From a virus (taxonomy: Duplodnaviria > Caudoviricetes): a DNA stretch of 25,642 nucleotides. The notes beneath the pieces were generated by a model. The model saw only the letters and a program-made list of their open reading frames with translations. It had not been told where the DNA came from and did no database searches. Of the stretch, positions 1-9,418 are shown piece by piece; position 1 is the first letter of the stretch; each line of letters starts with the position of its first letter. The DNA is taken from positions 1 to 25,642 of the IMG/VR virus record IMGVR_UViG_3300012862_000025; one strand, 5' to 3'. A program made the translations under genes and the position numbers.

Positions 1-273
1 AACCGAAAAAATATCCAATAGTGAAAAAAGAGTTTGTATAGTACATATAGTATTACCAAATTTGCCTGTATAATCAATTCAGAATTAAACCAATAATCTG
101 TATAGCTATATAAGGACAAGACAGGTTGGGTTCGAGCTTAAACTAAGGTGAAAGTAATGTGAAAGTATGCTTTTAGTATGTAAGGCATGGGATTTGGTGC
201 TATAATCATGGTTTAAGTATGTTTTAAGGACGATTTTAATAGAAAAGATGGTGTTTTACATAGCAAACTCTCT

Positions 274-357
274 TCATTGCGAGGAGGTACGAGGAAGCAA
301 TCTTTGGACTACACTCAGCATTTCATGCGGGAAGATTGCTTCGTTCCTCGCAATGAC
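274..357. repeat. REP-like palindromic element
   Basis: TCATTGCGAGGA..GAAGCAATCT (274-303) is an imperfect inverted repeat of AGATTGCTTCGTTCCTCGCAATGAC (333-357). It is intergenic and resembles the GTCATTGCGAG-type palindromes of Bacteroidota genomes. Confidence 0.75.
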
Positions 358-363
358 GCGGCG

Positions 364-420
364 CCACTCATCCCACCACTCATCCATCCACTCATCCTCC
401 CCCCTCCCCCAATCCCCTCC
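364..420 (+). repeat. CCACTCATCC x3 (12-nt period) followed by a C-rich tract
   Basis: Copies at 364-373, 376-385 and 388-397, then C runs to 420. Confidence 0.8.
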
Positions 421-453
421 TAACATTTTTTTTAAAAATGGTAAAAGAAAGGC

Positions 454-461
454 TACTTTTG
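454..461 (+). promoter_or_regulatory. Putative Bacteroidota -7 promoter element for sdaA
   Basis: TACTTTTG matches TAnnTTTG and ends 17 nt before the ATG at 479. Confidence 0.55.
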
Positions 462-478
462 TCTTAATAAATTAAATT

Positions 479-1906
479 ATGGCAAAAGAGCAGATTTCTA
501 TTTTTGATATGTTTAAGATTGGGATTGGTCCTTCCAGTTCCCACACCTTAGGACCTTGGCGTGCTGCACAACGATTTGTGGAAGTGTTAAAAGAAAAAGC
601 TGCACTCGACCGTGTTCAAACGGTGAATATCTTGCTCTTTGGATCACTTGCCAAAACGGGTGTTGGCCATGGTACCGATATTGCGGTATTATTAGGCTTA
701 AGTGGCGATGATCCTGTCACATTCGATGTGCATGACGTGGTTCCCAAGGTGGACCGTATCAAAGCCAACAAAAAATTAACCTTGGGTGCTGAAAAGGAAA
801 TTGAATTCGACTACGATACCAATTTACTATTCCTTTTCGACCAAAGTTTACCGTTCCATCCAAATGCGGTCACTTTCCAGGCTTTCCTAAGCGATGGTTC
901 CGCCATCAGCGAAACCTATTACTCTATCGGAGGAGGTTTTGTTGTTCAGGAAAATGATACGGAAGGGGTATTGACAGAATTGGATCTGCCATTCCCCATC
1001 GATACCGCACAGGAATTGATGGTTGCCTGCATGCGTACCGGACTTAAAATTTCGGAACTGGTGCTGGAGAACGAGTGCTCCTGGCGCTCAGAACAGGAAA
1101 CCAAGCAAGGAGTGATGCAGATCTTCCATACCATTAAGGAATGTATCTATAAAGGCTGCCATACCGATGGTGTACTCCCAGGAGGATTGCACGTGGAACG
1201 TCGGGCATCCAAATTGAACAAACGTATGCTGAAAGGGCGTACTTACCATGATTATGATACCTGGCTGGAAGCAATCCGTGCCGGTGGACGTGATTTTGGT
1301 TATATATTAGATTGTGTAAGCTGTTTTGCCTTGGCGGTAAATGAGGAGAATGCTTCCTTTGGCCGTGTGGTAACAGCACCTACAAACGGTGCAGCAGGGG
1401 TTATTCCTGCCGTACTGCAATATTATCTGGCATTTCATGATGCCTATAAGGAAGAGAAGATCATTCAATTCATCGCAACAGCTTCTGAGATCGGTTCTAT
1501 CTTCAAAAAAGGAGCGACGATTTCTGCGGCTATGGGCGGTTGCCAAGCTGAGATCGGTGTTTCCTCCGCGATGGCGGCGGGCGCATTGACCGAGTGCTTG
1601 GGAGGATCCCAACGCCAGGTCTTGATGGCAGCAGAGATAGCCATGGAGCATCATTTAGGACTGACCTGCGACCCTATTGGTGGTCTGGTTCAGATTCCAT
1701 GTATTGAGCGGAATACCATGGGCGCGATCAAGGCCATTACAGCAGCCCAATTGGCGCTTCAATCCAATCCGGACAAAGCCAAAGTGAGTTTGGATGCGGT
1801 AGTGAGCACCATGTGGGAGACCGCATTGGATATGAACGCCAAATATAAAGAAACGGCTGATGGTGGATTGGCCATCAAAGTGCCATTGAGTTTACCAGAA
1901 TGTTAA
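479..1906 (+). CDS. sdaA: L-serine ammonia-lyase (Fe-S dependent, single chain)
   Basis: Motifs [44 protein letters not shown] and [16 protein letters not shown]. Confidence 0.96.
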   Translation: MAKEQISIFDMFKIGIGPSSSHTLGPWRAAQRFVEVLKEKAALDRVQTVNILLFGSLAKTGVGHGTDIAVLLGLSGDDPVTFDVHDVVPKVDRIKANKKLTLGAEKEIEFDYDTNLLFLFDQSLPFHPNAVTFQAFLSDGSAISETYYSIGGGFVVQENDTEGVLTELDLPFPIDTAQELMVACMRTGLKISELVLENECSWRSEQETKQGVMQIFHTIKECIYKGCHTDGVLPGGLHVERRASKLNKRMLKGRTYHDYDTWLEAIRAGGRDFGYILDCVSCFALAVNEENASFGRVVTAPTNGAAGVIPAVLQYYLAFHDAYKEEKIIQFIATASEIGSIFKKGATISAAMGGCQAEIGVSSAMAAGALTECLGGSQRQVLMAAEIAMEHHLGLTCDPIGGLVQIPCIERNTMGAIKAITAAQLALQSNPDKAKVSLDAVVSTMWETALDMNAKYKETADGGLAIKVPLSLPEC

Positions 1907-1922
1907 TCCTTTAAATTTTTCC

Positions 1923-2756
1923 ATGATTAGGTATTGTGCGTTAGCTTCAGGGAGTAATGGAAACAGCTATTATATAGCGAAAGGGAATACGGCTATTCTG
2001 GTGGATGTGGGCATCAACAATAAGCATCTGCATCTGCGGATGGCTAGTCTGGGAATTAACCCTGCCAGCATCGATGCCATTTTTATTACCCATGAACATA
2101 CGGACCACATCTGCGGATTGGCCGTGTTTGCCAAAAGGTACCAGATACCGGTTTATCTGACCGTAGGGACCTATGAATCCTCCCGAATTCAATTACCGGA
2201 GTATCTCTTGCATTTTATCAAAGCCGATTCCATTGTAAATGTTGGTGACTTATCCGTTTATGGCATTCCTAAATACCATGACGCAAAGGAACCCTGCAGT
2301 TTCATGGTTACTGATGGAGAAATCAATATTTCGGTATTGACCGATATCGGAAGGATCTGTGTAAATGTGATGAAGGCGATCGAGATTTCCGATGTGCTGT
2401 TCCTGGAATCCAACTTCGATGAGGATATGTTGCAGAATGGAAGATATCCCTATTACCTAAAGAATAGGATCCGAGGAGGAGAGGGCCATCTTTCCAACAG
2501 GATTTCGATGGATGCCTTTTTGGCCCATCGTTCTTCCCGGATGAAACACCTGATCCTTGGCCACCTCTCCGGCGAGAACAATAGGGTAGAACTGGTGGAA
2601 GAATTATTTGCTCCTCATTGTGTAGAGATGATACTGTCGGTGGCGAAACGAACCGAACCCAGTGCTTTGTTCCAAATCGCTAGACCAGTGGAAACGGAAA
2701 TAAGCTATACATCGATTACCTATCAATCCATTCAGATTGAAGGCTATTCCGATTAA
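1923..2756 (+). CDS. MBL-fold metallo-hydrolase (YycJ/WalJ-like)
   Basis: LASGSNGN start, HxHxDH motif (THEHTDH), HDA, TD, LESN, GHLSN and GHLS motifs. Confidence 0.9.
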   Translation: MIRYCALASGSNGNSYYIAKGNTAILVDVGINNKHLHLRMASLGINPASIDAIFITHEHTDHICGLAVFAKRYQIPVYLTVGTYESSRIQLPEYLLHFIKADSIVNVGDLSVYGIPKYHDAKEPCSFMVTDGEINISVLTDIGRICVNVMKAIEISDVLFLESNFDEDMLQNGRYPYYLKNRIRGGEGHLSNRISMDAFLAHRSSRMKHLILGHLSGENNRVELVEELFAPHCVEMILSVAKRTEPSALFQIARPVETEISYTSITYQSIQIEGYSD

Positions 2757-2772
2757 TTGAAATAAAAATAAT

Positions 2773-2808
2773 AAAAGCCCTTTTCCTGAGCAGGATAAGG
2801 GCTTTTTT
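2773..2808. terminator. Bidirectional intrinsic terminator
   Basis: AAAAGCCCTT-T-TCCTG-AG-CAGGA-T-AAGGGCTTTTTT between convergent genes. Confidence 0.85.
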
Positions 2809-2833
2809 GTGGATGTATTTAACGATTGCTAAC

Positions 2834-3168
2834 TTAGTGCTGGATCAAATTTTTGATGGCACTTACAGGGATGGCTTCTTTGATGACCATTTGGAGGTTT
2901 TTCTGCTCCGCCTGGTTGTAATAAAATGATCGGGTTAGGGAGACAATTCCGGCAATATTTCCTTTATTGTCGAAAATTGGCCCACCGCTTGACCCAGCAG
3001 CATAATCTGCCGTGATCTCCATTTTTCTGCTCATGATACCGGCATTGCTTTCCGTCATGCAGGCAACTCTACCAGAGGTATAATAGTAGAAATAATCTCT
3101 TGGATGGGAAATGACAAACACGTCTGAACCTGCCTTCAAATCAGTTCCAATCGGATTGGCGGCAATCT
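2834..3168 (-). pseudogene. 3' fragment of a trypsin-like serine peptidase, interrupted by the prophage
   Basis: Contains GSDVFVISHP and the catalytic-Ser motif GSSGGP followed by GIVS, but no His/Asp half. The track's start at 3229 lies in AT-rich phage-end-like DNA. The boundary is approximate. Confidence 0.75.
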
Positions 3169-3244
3169 TAAAATCGCCAAAACGGCTTGACCCAAAAATC
3201 TCAAAAATTATTAAAACGACATGTACCAAAATAAAATAATATCG

Positions 3245-3288
3245 AACTTAGATTTAAAAGGCTTTTAATAACCTTTTAAATCTAAGTT
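3245..3288. repeat. Perfect 17-bp inverted repeat near the prophage end (terminator or protein-binding site)
   Basis: AACTTAGATTTAAAAGG (3245-3261) / CCTTTTAAATCTAAGTT (3272-3288) with a 10-nt spacer, just downstream of the methylase stop. Confidence 0.8.
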
Positions 3289-3305
3289 GAACATGTATTA
3301 TCGCA

Positions 3306-4133
3306 TCAAAACAAAGTCCAATTACCATGAGGATTATCCAAATCGTAATTTGCCGTAAGCACTTCAATTTTCTTTTTCCCTGATCCACCAGTACCATTTG
3401 CCACACTCACACTTTGCTCAATCTTCTTTGTTCTCCAACCGTTTTTAACTGTATATTTCGACAATATTTCACTTGGATAACTACTCATTAGAAATTTACC
3501 CTCTATTTGCTCTAAGGTCTTTAAAAGAGCCTCAAAATCCTCAATTGAATAACCATCATAATGCCCACAATCAGAATTGAAGTACGGAGGATCGCAGTAA
3601 TGAAATGCACCATTATAATCACGTGATTTTATCACTCTCAAAGCATCAGTATTCTCAATTTGAACGCTCTGCAATCTGATTGCATAATCTTCAGTAAAGG
3701 AATCTCGTTTATTACTTATTTTTCGTGAAGTAGTTCCTTTGACAACATCGTATCCCCATGTGCCATCAAGCATTGCACTAAACGATTGTGAAGAAAGCAC
3801 CCAAACAGCCCAAGCCCTCTGTATTCTAGTGAACAGATGTGGATTATTATAAATTACTGTTGCATCAGCATGTAAAGAGCGTGAATGCAGGCTAATTCTC
3901 ACCATTTTTTCTAATTCAATAAATTCATTTTGACACACATCATAAAAATTTATAAGTTCTCGGTTATAGTCATTTATAACCTCTACTTCACTAGGTCTTT
4001 TCGCCCAAAATATTGCACCGCCTCCAACAAATGGTTCTACATAAGTTTGATGTTTTGGAAATAAAGGAACAATTGTACTAACTAAATTTTGCTTACCCCC
4101 GTAATAACTTATAGGTGTTTTTAAATCTCTCAT
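3306..4133 (-). CDS. DNA adenine methyltransferase, Dam/D12 class
   Basis: YYGGKQ, EPFVGGGA (SAM binding), IND and catalytic DPPY motifs. Confidence 0.93.
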   Translation of the reverse strand: MRDLKTPISYYGGKQNLVSTIVPLFPKHQTYVEPFVGGGAIFWAKRPSEVEVINDYNRELINFYDVCQNEFIELEKMVRISLHSRSLHADATVIYNNPHLFTRIQRAWAVWVLSSQSFSAMLDGTWGYDVVKGTTSRKISNKRDSFTEDYAIRLQSVQIENTDALRVIKSRDYNGAFHYCDPPYFNSDCGHYDGYSIEDFEALLKTLEQIEGKFLMSSYPSEILSKYTVKNGWRTKKIEQSVSVANGTGGSGKKKIEVLTANYDLDNPHGNWTLF

Positions 4134-4147
4134 ATCTTTTATTTAGC

Positions 4148-4155
4148 TATATTTG
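4148..4155 (+). promoter_or_regulatory. Putative -7 promoter firing antisense to the late operon
   Basis: TATATTTG matches TAnnTTTG and sits directly 5' of a structured element. Confidence 0.55.
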
Positions 4156-4159
4156 TATC

Positions 4160-4272
4160 TCTCACCTTTTAATGCAAAACACCCCAGTCAGAAGACTTGT
4201 AGTCCTCCGCTTGGGGTGTTTTGCTCTAAAATTAAAAGGTGAGATGTTTAATTTTGCGGAGGACTCTTTTTT
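4160..4272 (+). ncRNA. Putative pseudoknotted small RNA, or a cis element on the minus-strand methylase mRNA
   Basis: Perfect pairings 4160-4173/4231-4244 (14 bp), 4174-4186/4212-4224 (13 bp) and loop 4201-4210/4256-4265 (10 bp), followed by T6 at 4267-4272. Confidence 0.65.
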
Positions 4273-4300
4273 AAGCCTATCCTCCTTAAGGCTTTATATT

Positions 4301-7063
4301 TTATCCGTATCCTTCAAGCCATTGACTTCCTGAATATCTATACTTGTAAGTTCCTCCACGAACAAGACTTGAATTCACTGAAGCTGTGTTATCCATTTTA
4401 TAGATATCGCTTCCATTACCATAAATAGTGATATTACCACCTGTAGCATTTTTAATTAATACCGAACGTCCAACCTCGACCCCTACAGAAGGAAGAAATA
4501 CATTTGAATTTGAACCACCTTTGGCAACATAGTAATCATACTCAGTTATGTAAGTGTCAGCGTTATCGTTATCAACCCTCACTGGCTCGTACATAGCACC
4601 AAGAAATTTTACACTGGATAACATTGCTCCATAACGTCCCCATGCTCCCCAAAGCAATTGTAAAGCTTGTGCTGCTAAATCCTGTCTCCTGACACCAATA
4701 ATACCAGCACGGACATTTGCTGTGAAAATTGGACGTTCAGTAGGTCTTACAACTGAAGCCTCACCAACTAAAGAGCCTGAAAAATCTAAACCTGTAGATG
4801 ACGGCAAAAAGCTCATTCCTGCATTTCTACTCAAAACACCCCAATCGCTTAATATAATTCCACTAGATGGGTTAGTCGGATCAGAACCACCATTATTAAC
4901 GTCTGTTGATCTTAATGTGGTAGTATCAATAACAAAGCCCCCGATCTTACCTTTTGTAGCAGACATTGAACCATCATTGAGGACGTTAAAAGGTGCTGTA
5001 TTCCGATCTTCAGCTGTTGCACCAGCCCAGAATCTTACAGAAGAGTTACCGTTATCGGAAAGCCCTGAAATACCTGCATTTGAATAACCATCAGAACCAA
5101 CACTGATCACCTGAGCAAAGAGACGAACCACATTAATAAAATAAGCAGTAATCGTGTCCGTCTCAATATCGCCTCCACTGATCATGGTGAACATCTTTGT
5201 TGGTCTGAAGGATCGTTTACCTTCAATAACGGATGAAAGCACACCAAGATTAAAAAACCAGTAGCCGTTTTCCGAATCAACAGCTTTCTGATCTGTAGTC
5301 AAAACCCATTCGCCAGTTAAGGCAGTTTGCGAACATTTGGCAGCTAAATAATATGGTTTGGTAGATATTAGACCATCAGCATTAAAAACAGGCAAATCCC
5401 ATATATATCCAAGTCCATCAATTTTATAACGCTTGTGTATGAGTTTGCCAGCGGTCAAACTGATAGCATTAGCATCGTTGCCAGCGTTCACAGTCAGCGA
5501 AACACCATCCAAATCATAGTACATGCTATCCGTGCCGAATAACCCAGCAATAGCCTGAATCAAGGCATTTTCTAAATTCCCATCAGGATCAAATACAAGC
5601 CCTTTAAATTCATTCAAAGCTTGAATGTTCCTGCGATCATTTTCGATGCTGGTTTTGCTTACCTGTGTTACAACCTCTTTAGTTTCTTTGATGTCCTTTT
5701 CAACCTTTTGAATGCGTGTATAAGTGACCTCGTTACCAATCTCAGCCGTGAACTTCATTCCTTGCTCTAGTACAGGGAACATAGCTGGATAGCTGACAGC
5801 CGTAACCCGAATTTTATCATCAAGTCCTATTTTTTCATCCACTACATGAACAATGTCACCTTCGTGCAATTCGGTGTTTTGTCGCTTTAGCCAAAGGATG
5901 TCCGTATCAAGTTCATAGACCACTCTAGGCACTTTGTTAGAATTCAGGTATTCCAATCGTTTTGCTTCCAACTCGGATAAAGCAGCTGTAACATAACTTT
6001 CAGGCATTCTTATGCCAAGGAGCGTATATAAGTCACCGACTTCAGCAACCATAGCTCCAAAAGGGCTAACATTACCATTGGTATCTTCATTTGCTTTGTA
6101 TCGGATTGTTTTTGATGTAGGACTATACGAAAGAATTGTAAACTCCTGACCATTCAAACCTCCCGATTTAAAAACAATTTTCGCTTCTGTCCCTTCAATA
6201 CGTTGACCGTTCAAATCAAAATCTAAGCTGCTATCCGAAATACTAAATGTACGGTCATTGATCTGCTCAATACCTGTAACCGATCCTGTGCGTTTGGGAT
6301 AAATCTCCTGATCTTCAAAAATGCCTTCACGGATTCCATAAAGATCGACCGATAAAGGATCATCAAGATAACCATCCAAAGTCAATTGCTTTTTTGAATA
6401 TCCCTGAGGTAAATTTTGTGTACCTCCTACTGCATAAGCACGTGTAATGATGGAGCTGTTGACCAAAGTTTGACGTGACAATGAGTATAGACCGTTGTCC
6501 TTTCCGTACTGCAACGTCAAAGCTCTAGCCGTCCCCACTATTTTTTTGATGGTTATTTCTTTACCTATGATTTGCCACTCGCATTCAGAGGCTTCAGCAA
6601 TATCATTCAGGGCTGACAAGCAATCAACTTTGTTAAATTCCAAAGCAAACGGCTCAACGTCTTCCAATTCTCCAACCGTCCAGCCCGAATCAACCGAATT
6701 GAGACATTCCAAGAACATGAACATATAATCGTTCAGGTCTCCGAAATAATCAAAAACAAATGCGCCTTCATCCTTCAGCTTGAACCGTTCTAGCGTATGC
6801 CTTGCACCCTGAAAGGTCACAACGTATTCAAATAAGTTGCTTCCTAGTTGGGTGTATTGCGGTTCTTGGTTAACGGTCATTATCTCACCTTTATAGGTCA
6901 GATAGTCACCAATGGTGATATCCAAAACGCTTGTTGAATTTATTGTAAATACAAGCGTATGCTCTGACATTAACCGCTTGTTATGAACCGCTTTATTCAA
7001 CGGCAGTGATATATGTAAATGATTATTTCTGTATGTTTGAATTGTCATTATATTCCCTTTCAT
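4301..7063 (-). CDS. Phage tail tip/hub protein with a C-terminal fibre-like domain
   Basis: 920 aa, downstream of TMP and Dit. YGKDNGL, TRAYAVGG and IYPKRTG segments are typical of Bacteroidota phage tail proteins. Alternative start at 7048. Confidence 0.75.
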   Translation of the reverse strand: MKGNIMTIQTYRNNHLHISLPLNKAVHNKRLMSEHTLVFTINSTSVLDITIGDYLTYKGEIMTVNQEPQYTQLGSNLFEYVVTFQGARHTLERFKLKDEGAFVFDYFGDLNDYMFMFLECLNSVDSGWTVGELEDVEPFALEFNKVDCLSALNDIAEASECEWQIIGKEITIKKIVGTARALTLQYGKDNGLYSLSRQTLVNSSIITRAYAVGGTQNLPQGYSKKQLTLDGYLDDPLSVDLYGIREGIFEDQEIYPKRTGSVTGIEQINDRTFSISDSSLDFDLNGQRIEGTEAKIVFKSGGLNGQEFTILSYSPTSKTIRYKANEDTNGNVSPFGAMVAEVGDLYTLLGIRMPESYVTAALSELEAKRLEYLNSNKVPRVVYELDTDILWLKRQNTELHEGDIVHVVDEKIGLDDKIRVTAVSYPAMFPVLEQGMKFTAEIGNEVTYTRIQKVEKDIKETKEVVTQVSKTSIENDRRNIQALNEFKGLVFDPDGNLENALIQAIAGLFGTDSMYYDLDGVSLTVNAGNDANAISLTAGKLIHKRYKIDGLGYIWDLPVFNADGLISTKPYYLAAKCSQTALTGEWVLTTDQKAVDSENGYWFFNLGVLSSVIEGKRSFRPTKMFTMISGGDIETDTITAYFINVVRLFAQVISVGSDGYSNAGISGLSDNGNSSVRFWAGATAEDRNTAPFNVLNDGSMSATKGKIGGFVIDTTTLRSTDVNNGGSDPTNPSSGIILSDWGVLSRNAGMSFLPSSTGLDFSGSLVGEASVVRPTERPIFTANVRAGIIGVRRQDLAAQALQLLWGAWGRYGAMLSSVKFLGAMYEPVRVDNDNADTYITEYDYYVAKGGSNSNVFLPSVGVEVGRSVLIKNATGGNITIYGNGSDIYKMDNTASVNSSLVRGGTYKYRYSGSQWLEGYG

Positions 7064-7092
7064 TAAGCCCCTACCGAGATGTGGGCTGTTGA

Positions 7093-9411
7093 TTAAAAAT
7101 TGAAATACTCTTCAAAATATCTCCACAACACCATCTGTCCTGTCTTGTTCAGATGAATCCCGTCCATTGTGAACGTGCTTCCGTTCTTGCCACTAGCTTT
7201 TAAAGCTTCATCATAAATGTTTGAGCCTTTACGTTTAGCCGTTTCTGTAATGCGATGGAAAAAGTTTAAAAAAGGCACACCTATCTGATTGAATCTGTAC
7301 TCGATATTGTCTACATCCTGAGCGCATGTGATAATATCACCGTTTGGAGCATGAGCGTAAAGAAAAATTCCTGATTCATCAACAAAGTTGGAATACTCGG
7401 CAGCCCATACGGCATAAGGAAGTACTAAGTAGTCTTTAGATACATATTCATTATACTTATCGACGAATTTTTGTCCGTAGTCTTTAGATCCAAACCCTCG
7501 ATCAGGTCTTCCTAACGCTTCGTTCAAAATCTGACATTGCCAAACGATAAGATCAGGATTGAACTCGTCTACCATCCAAGGTTCATAACGCTCTATCATA
7601 TCGATGCTATGACTGCCCTTCGATGCGTTGATGTATGTGAATAGGTATTCGTTAGGAGAATATTCAATACCCCAATATCCGAATCTACCTGCTCCTACAT
7701 TCTTTACGGTGATCGACTTTTCAGAAAGATTGGTCAAGCTGCGAAACTTCAACCTCTTTTGCGCGTTGTCGCGATAAATCCCTGGGGATGGCTGTGTTTC
7801 CGGTTCCTTGAAATAAACCGTTGCTCCATTTGCTTCCACCCACGCAATGCCATTGAAAACCTCAACCTTGCCATTGCCCTCAGCAACTGTTATCTGTTGG
7901 CTTTCTGACCACCTGCAATCAGTATGTACAATAAGCGACAATCTTTTCATATTAGCAGGGAATTTGAACGATACACCAGCGTCAGTTCCACCCTCAATTA
8001 CTTTCGTGTAGGGTAGATAGTACGAAGATCCTACTGCCCCCCAATAAGTATCCACACTCACAATAGAGGAAGTGCCGCCACCAAGTATTTCGGTAATTAC
8101 ACCGGGGTTGTCGAACCGTAGGTATTGCTGCTCTTTCCATCTTAACTTCTCCTCGAGGTAAGAGCTATTGTTGTATTCATTACAGAATGGAGGTCTTCTA
8201 TTGGCGTCAGGGCGCACATCAGTCCATCCCAACGGGGTATCGATGCTATCAGCTACCTTCACTAGTGTTACATCACTATTCCTTTGTAAGTATTTTTGCA
8301 CAAACGGCTGAATGTGCGACAATATGGTGCTCTTTGAAGAACTCGGTTTTGGCATCCATTCCGAAGTTGCCACGGAGGTTTGAAGAACCTCAATAGCTTG
8401 CGTGTTTTCGTCGGTTGCTGCCTTCGACTCGTAGACGTTCTCATTTATGGAGTTTTCAACGTATTTGTAGATAGCGATATACTCGATCAAGAACTCAACG
8501 TTCTTCTGATTGTTGGTCAACAATGCCAAAGCGTTTGGTGTATCTGTTGGTATAACAATCTTAGCTCGCTGTATAGCCCATTCGCTTGTGTTTATCGTAA
8601 ACAGTGTATTGATACCCGGAGTAAAGAAGCCCATTGTTAGGTACAATGTTCCTGGTGACACCTTCTTAACCTTCATCTCAACATTGTATGTACCTGCCTT
8701 AAGGTCAATACCTCCCTGCATCAGCCCTGTATTCTCGCTGTTGTTCGTTTTAATGTGCGCGACCCCATTCTTTATGCTAAGGTCGAATGTCGGTTCGTTC
8801 TGTTGCCAGAACTGCTCCCCATTTTCAAAACCACCGTCTTTAAGGATATTCTGAACGCCAATTACTTTCTTGGAAAGATCGTTATCTTTACCTTTGAAAT
8901 CCCAATCACTACCGGTCGAAGGTTCTTCTGATGTAGCCTTGTTCGCTTCATAGATAAAGCCGTTGTAAATCCTTTGATCACCTGAGGTATAGTTACCCGG
9001 TACCCATTCTTTGATTCTGGCTGAATCCGGCAAAGCCCCCATGTCTTTTAAAGACCAAGAAGAGCCTTTCCACTCAAAAATCCATTCTTTTCCTGAAGCT
9101 GCTGTAAAAACATTACCTCCAAACGAATAAACTCCCGGAGAAGCCTTACAAAATCTATACTCCGCTGTTCCGGGGCTTGTAAGAATAGTAGGTGCCTCAA
9201 CAGTACCGCCTGAAACCGATTCTAACTGAGCTCCAACCACGCCAACTCTATTAGCTGTCTCTTCGATCAATAAATCAATCTCGACTGATCCCACTAGTTC
9301 ATTTTCAGAATTAGTTGCAAGCAGTGATTTTACTTTACTTGCATCTGAAATTTTAGGTGTGTCTCTATCAAAGACGGTTACACCATTAATTTGAATATCA
9401 TTATCTTCCAT
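7093..9411 (-). CDS. Tail-associated protein with carbohydrate-binding modules and an SGNH/GDSL hydrolase domain
   Basis: CBM5/12-like WVPGNYTSGDQRIYNGFIYEA..W, CBM4/9-like NILKDGGFENG..W, and SGNH-like blocks VADSI, NASKGS, ILNE and DGIHLN. Confidence 0.7.
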   Translation of the reverse strand: MEDNDIQINGVTVFDRDTPKISDASKVKSLLATNSENELVGSVEIDLLIEETANRVGVVGAQLESVSGGTVEAPTILTSPGTAEYRFCKASPGVYSFGGNVFTAASGKEWIFEWKGSSWSLKDMGALPDSARIKEWVPGNYTSGDQRIYNGFIYEANKATSEEPSTGSDWDFKGKDNDLSKKVIGVQNILKDGGFENGEQFWQQNEPTFDLSIKNGVAHIKTNNSENTGLMQGGIDLKAGTYNVEMKVKKVSPGTLYLTMGFFTPGINTLFTINTSEWAIQRAKIVIPTDTPNALALLTNNQKNVEFLIEYIAIYKYVENSINENVYESKAATDENTQAIEVLQTSVATSEWMPKPSSSKSTILSHIQPFVQKYLQRNSDVTLVKVADSIDTPLGWTDVRPDANRRPPFCNEYNNSSYLEEKLRWKEQQYLRFDNPGVITEILGGGTSSIVSVDTYWGAVGSSYYLPYTKVIEGGTDAGVSFKFPANMKRLSLIVHTDCRWSESQQITVAEGNGKVEVFNGIAWVEANGATVYFKEPETQPSPGIYRDNAQKRLKFRSLTNLSEKSITVKNVGAGRFGYWGIEYSPNEYLFTYINASKGSHSIDMIERYEPWMVDEFNPDLIVWQCQILNEALGRPDRGFGSKDYGQKFVDKYNEYVSKDYLVLPYAVWAAEYSNFVDESGIFLYAHAPNGDIITCAQDVDNIEYRFNQIGVPFLNFFHRITETAKRKGSNIYDEALKASGKNGSTFTMDGIHLNKTGQMVLWRYFEEYFNF

Positions 9412-9418
9412 GAGTCGT

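Noticed and set aside
248-475. 75-aa ORF upstream of sdaA
   Set aside because: It runs through the palindrome and C-rich repeats, giving low-complexity S/H/P translation.
3169-3229. Track N-terminus (MVHVVLIIFEIF) of the peptidase ORF
   Set aside because: It derives from phage-end-like DNA with a non-ATG start and is a chance in-frame extension.
4115-4333. 72-aa plus-strand ORF, considered as a com-like regulator or type I toxin
   Set aside because: No Cys4 zinc finger, it overlaps both neighbours, and the region is better explained by RNA pairing.
4301-4700. Possible DGR target or invertible tail-fibre segment
   Set aside because: No reverse transcriptase, template repeat, invertase or flanking inversion sites were seen in this window.
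7065-7090. Small hairpin AGCCC..GGGCT between two tail genes
   Set aside because: Short stem and no U tract on the coding strand; too weak to call.
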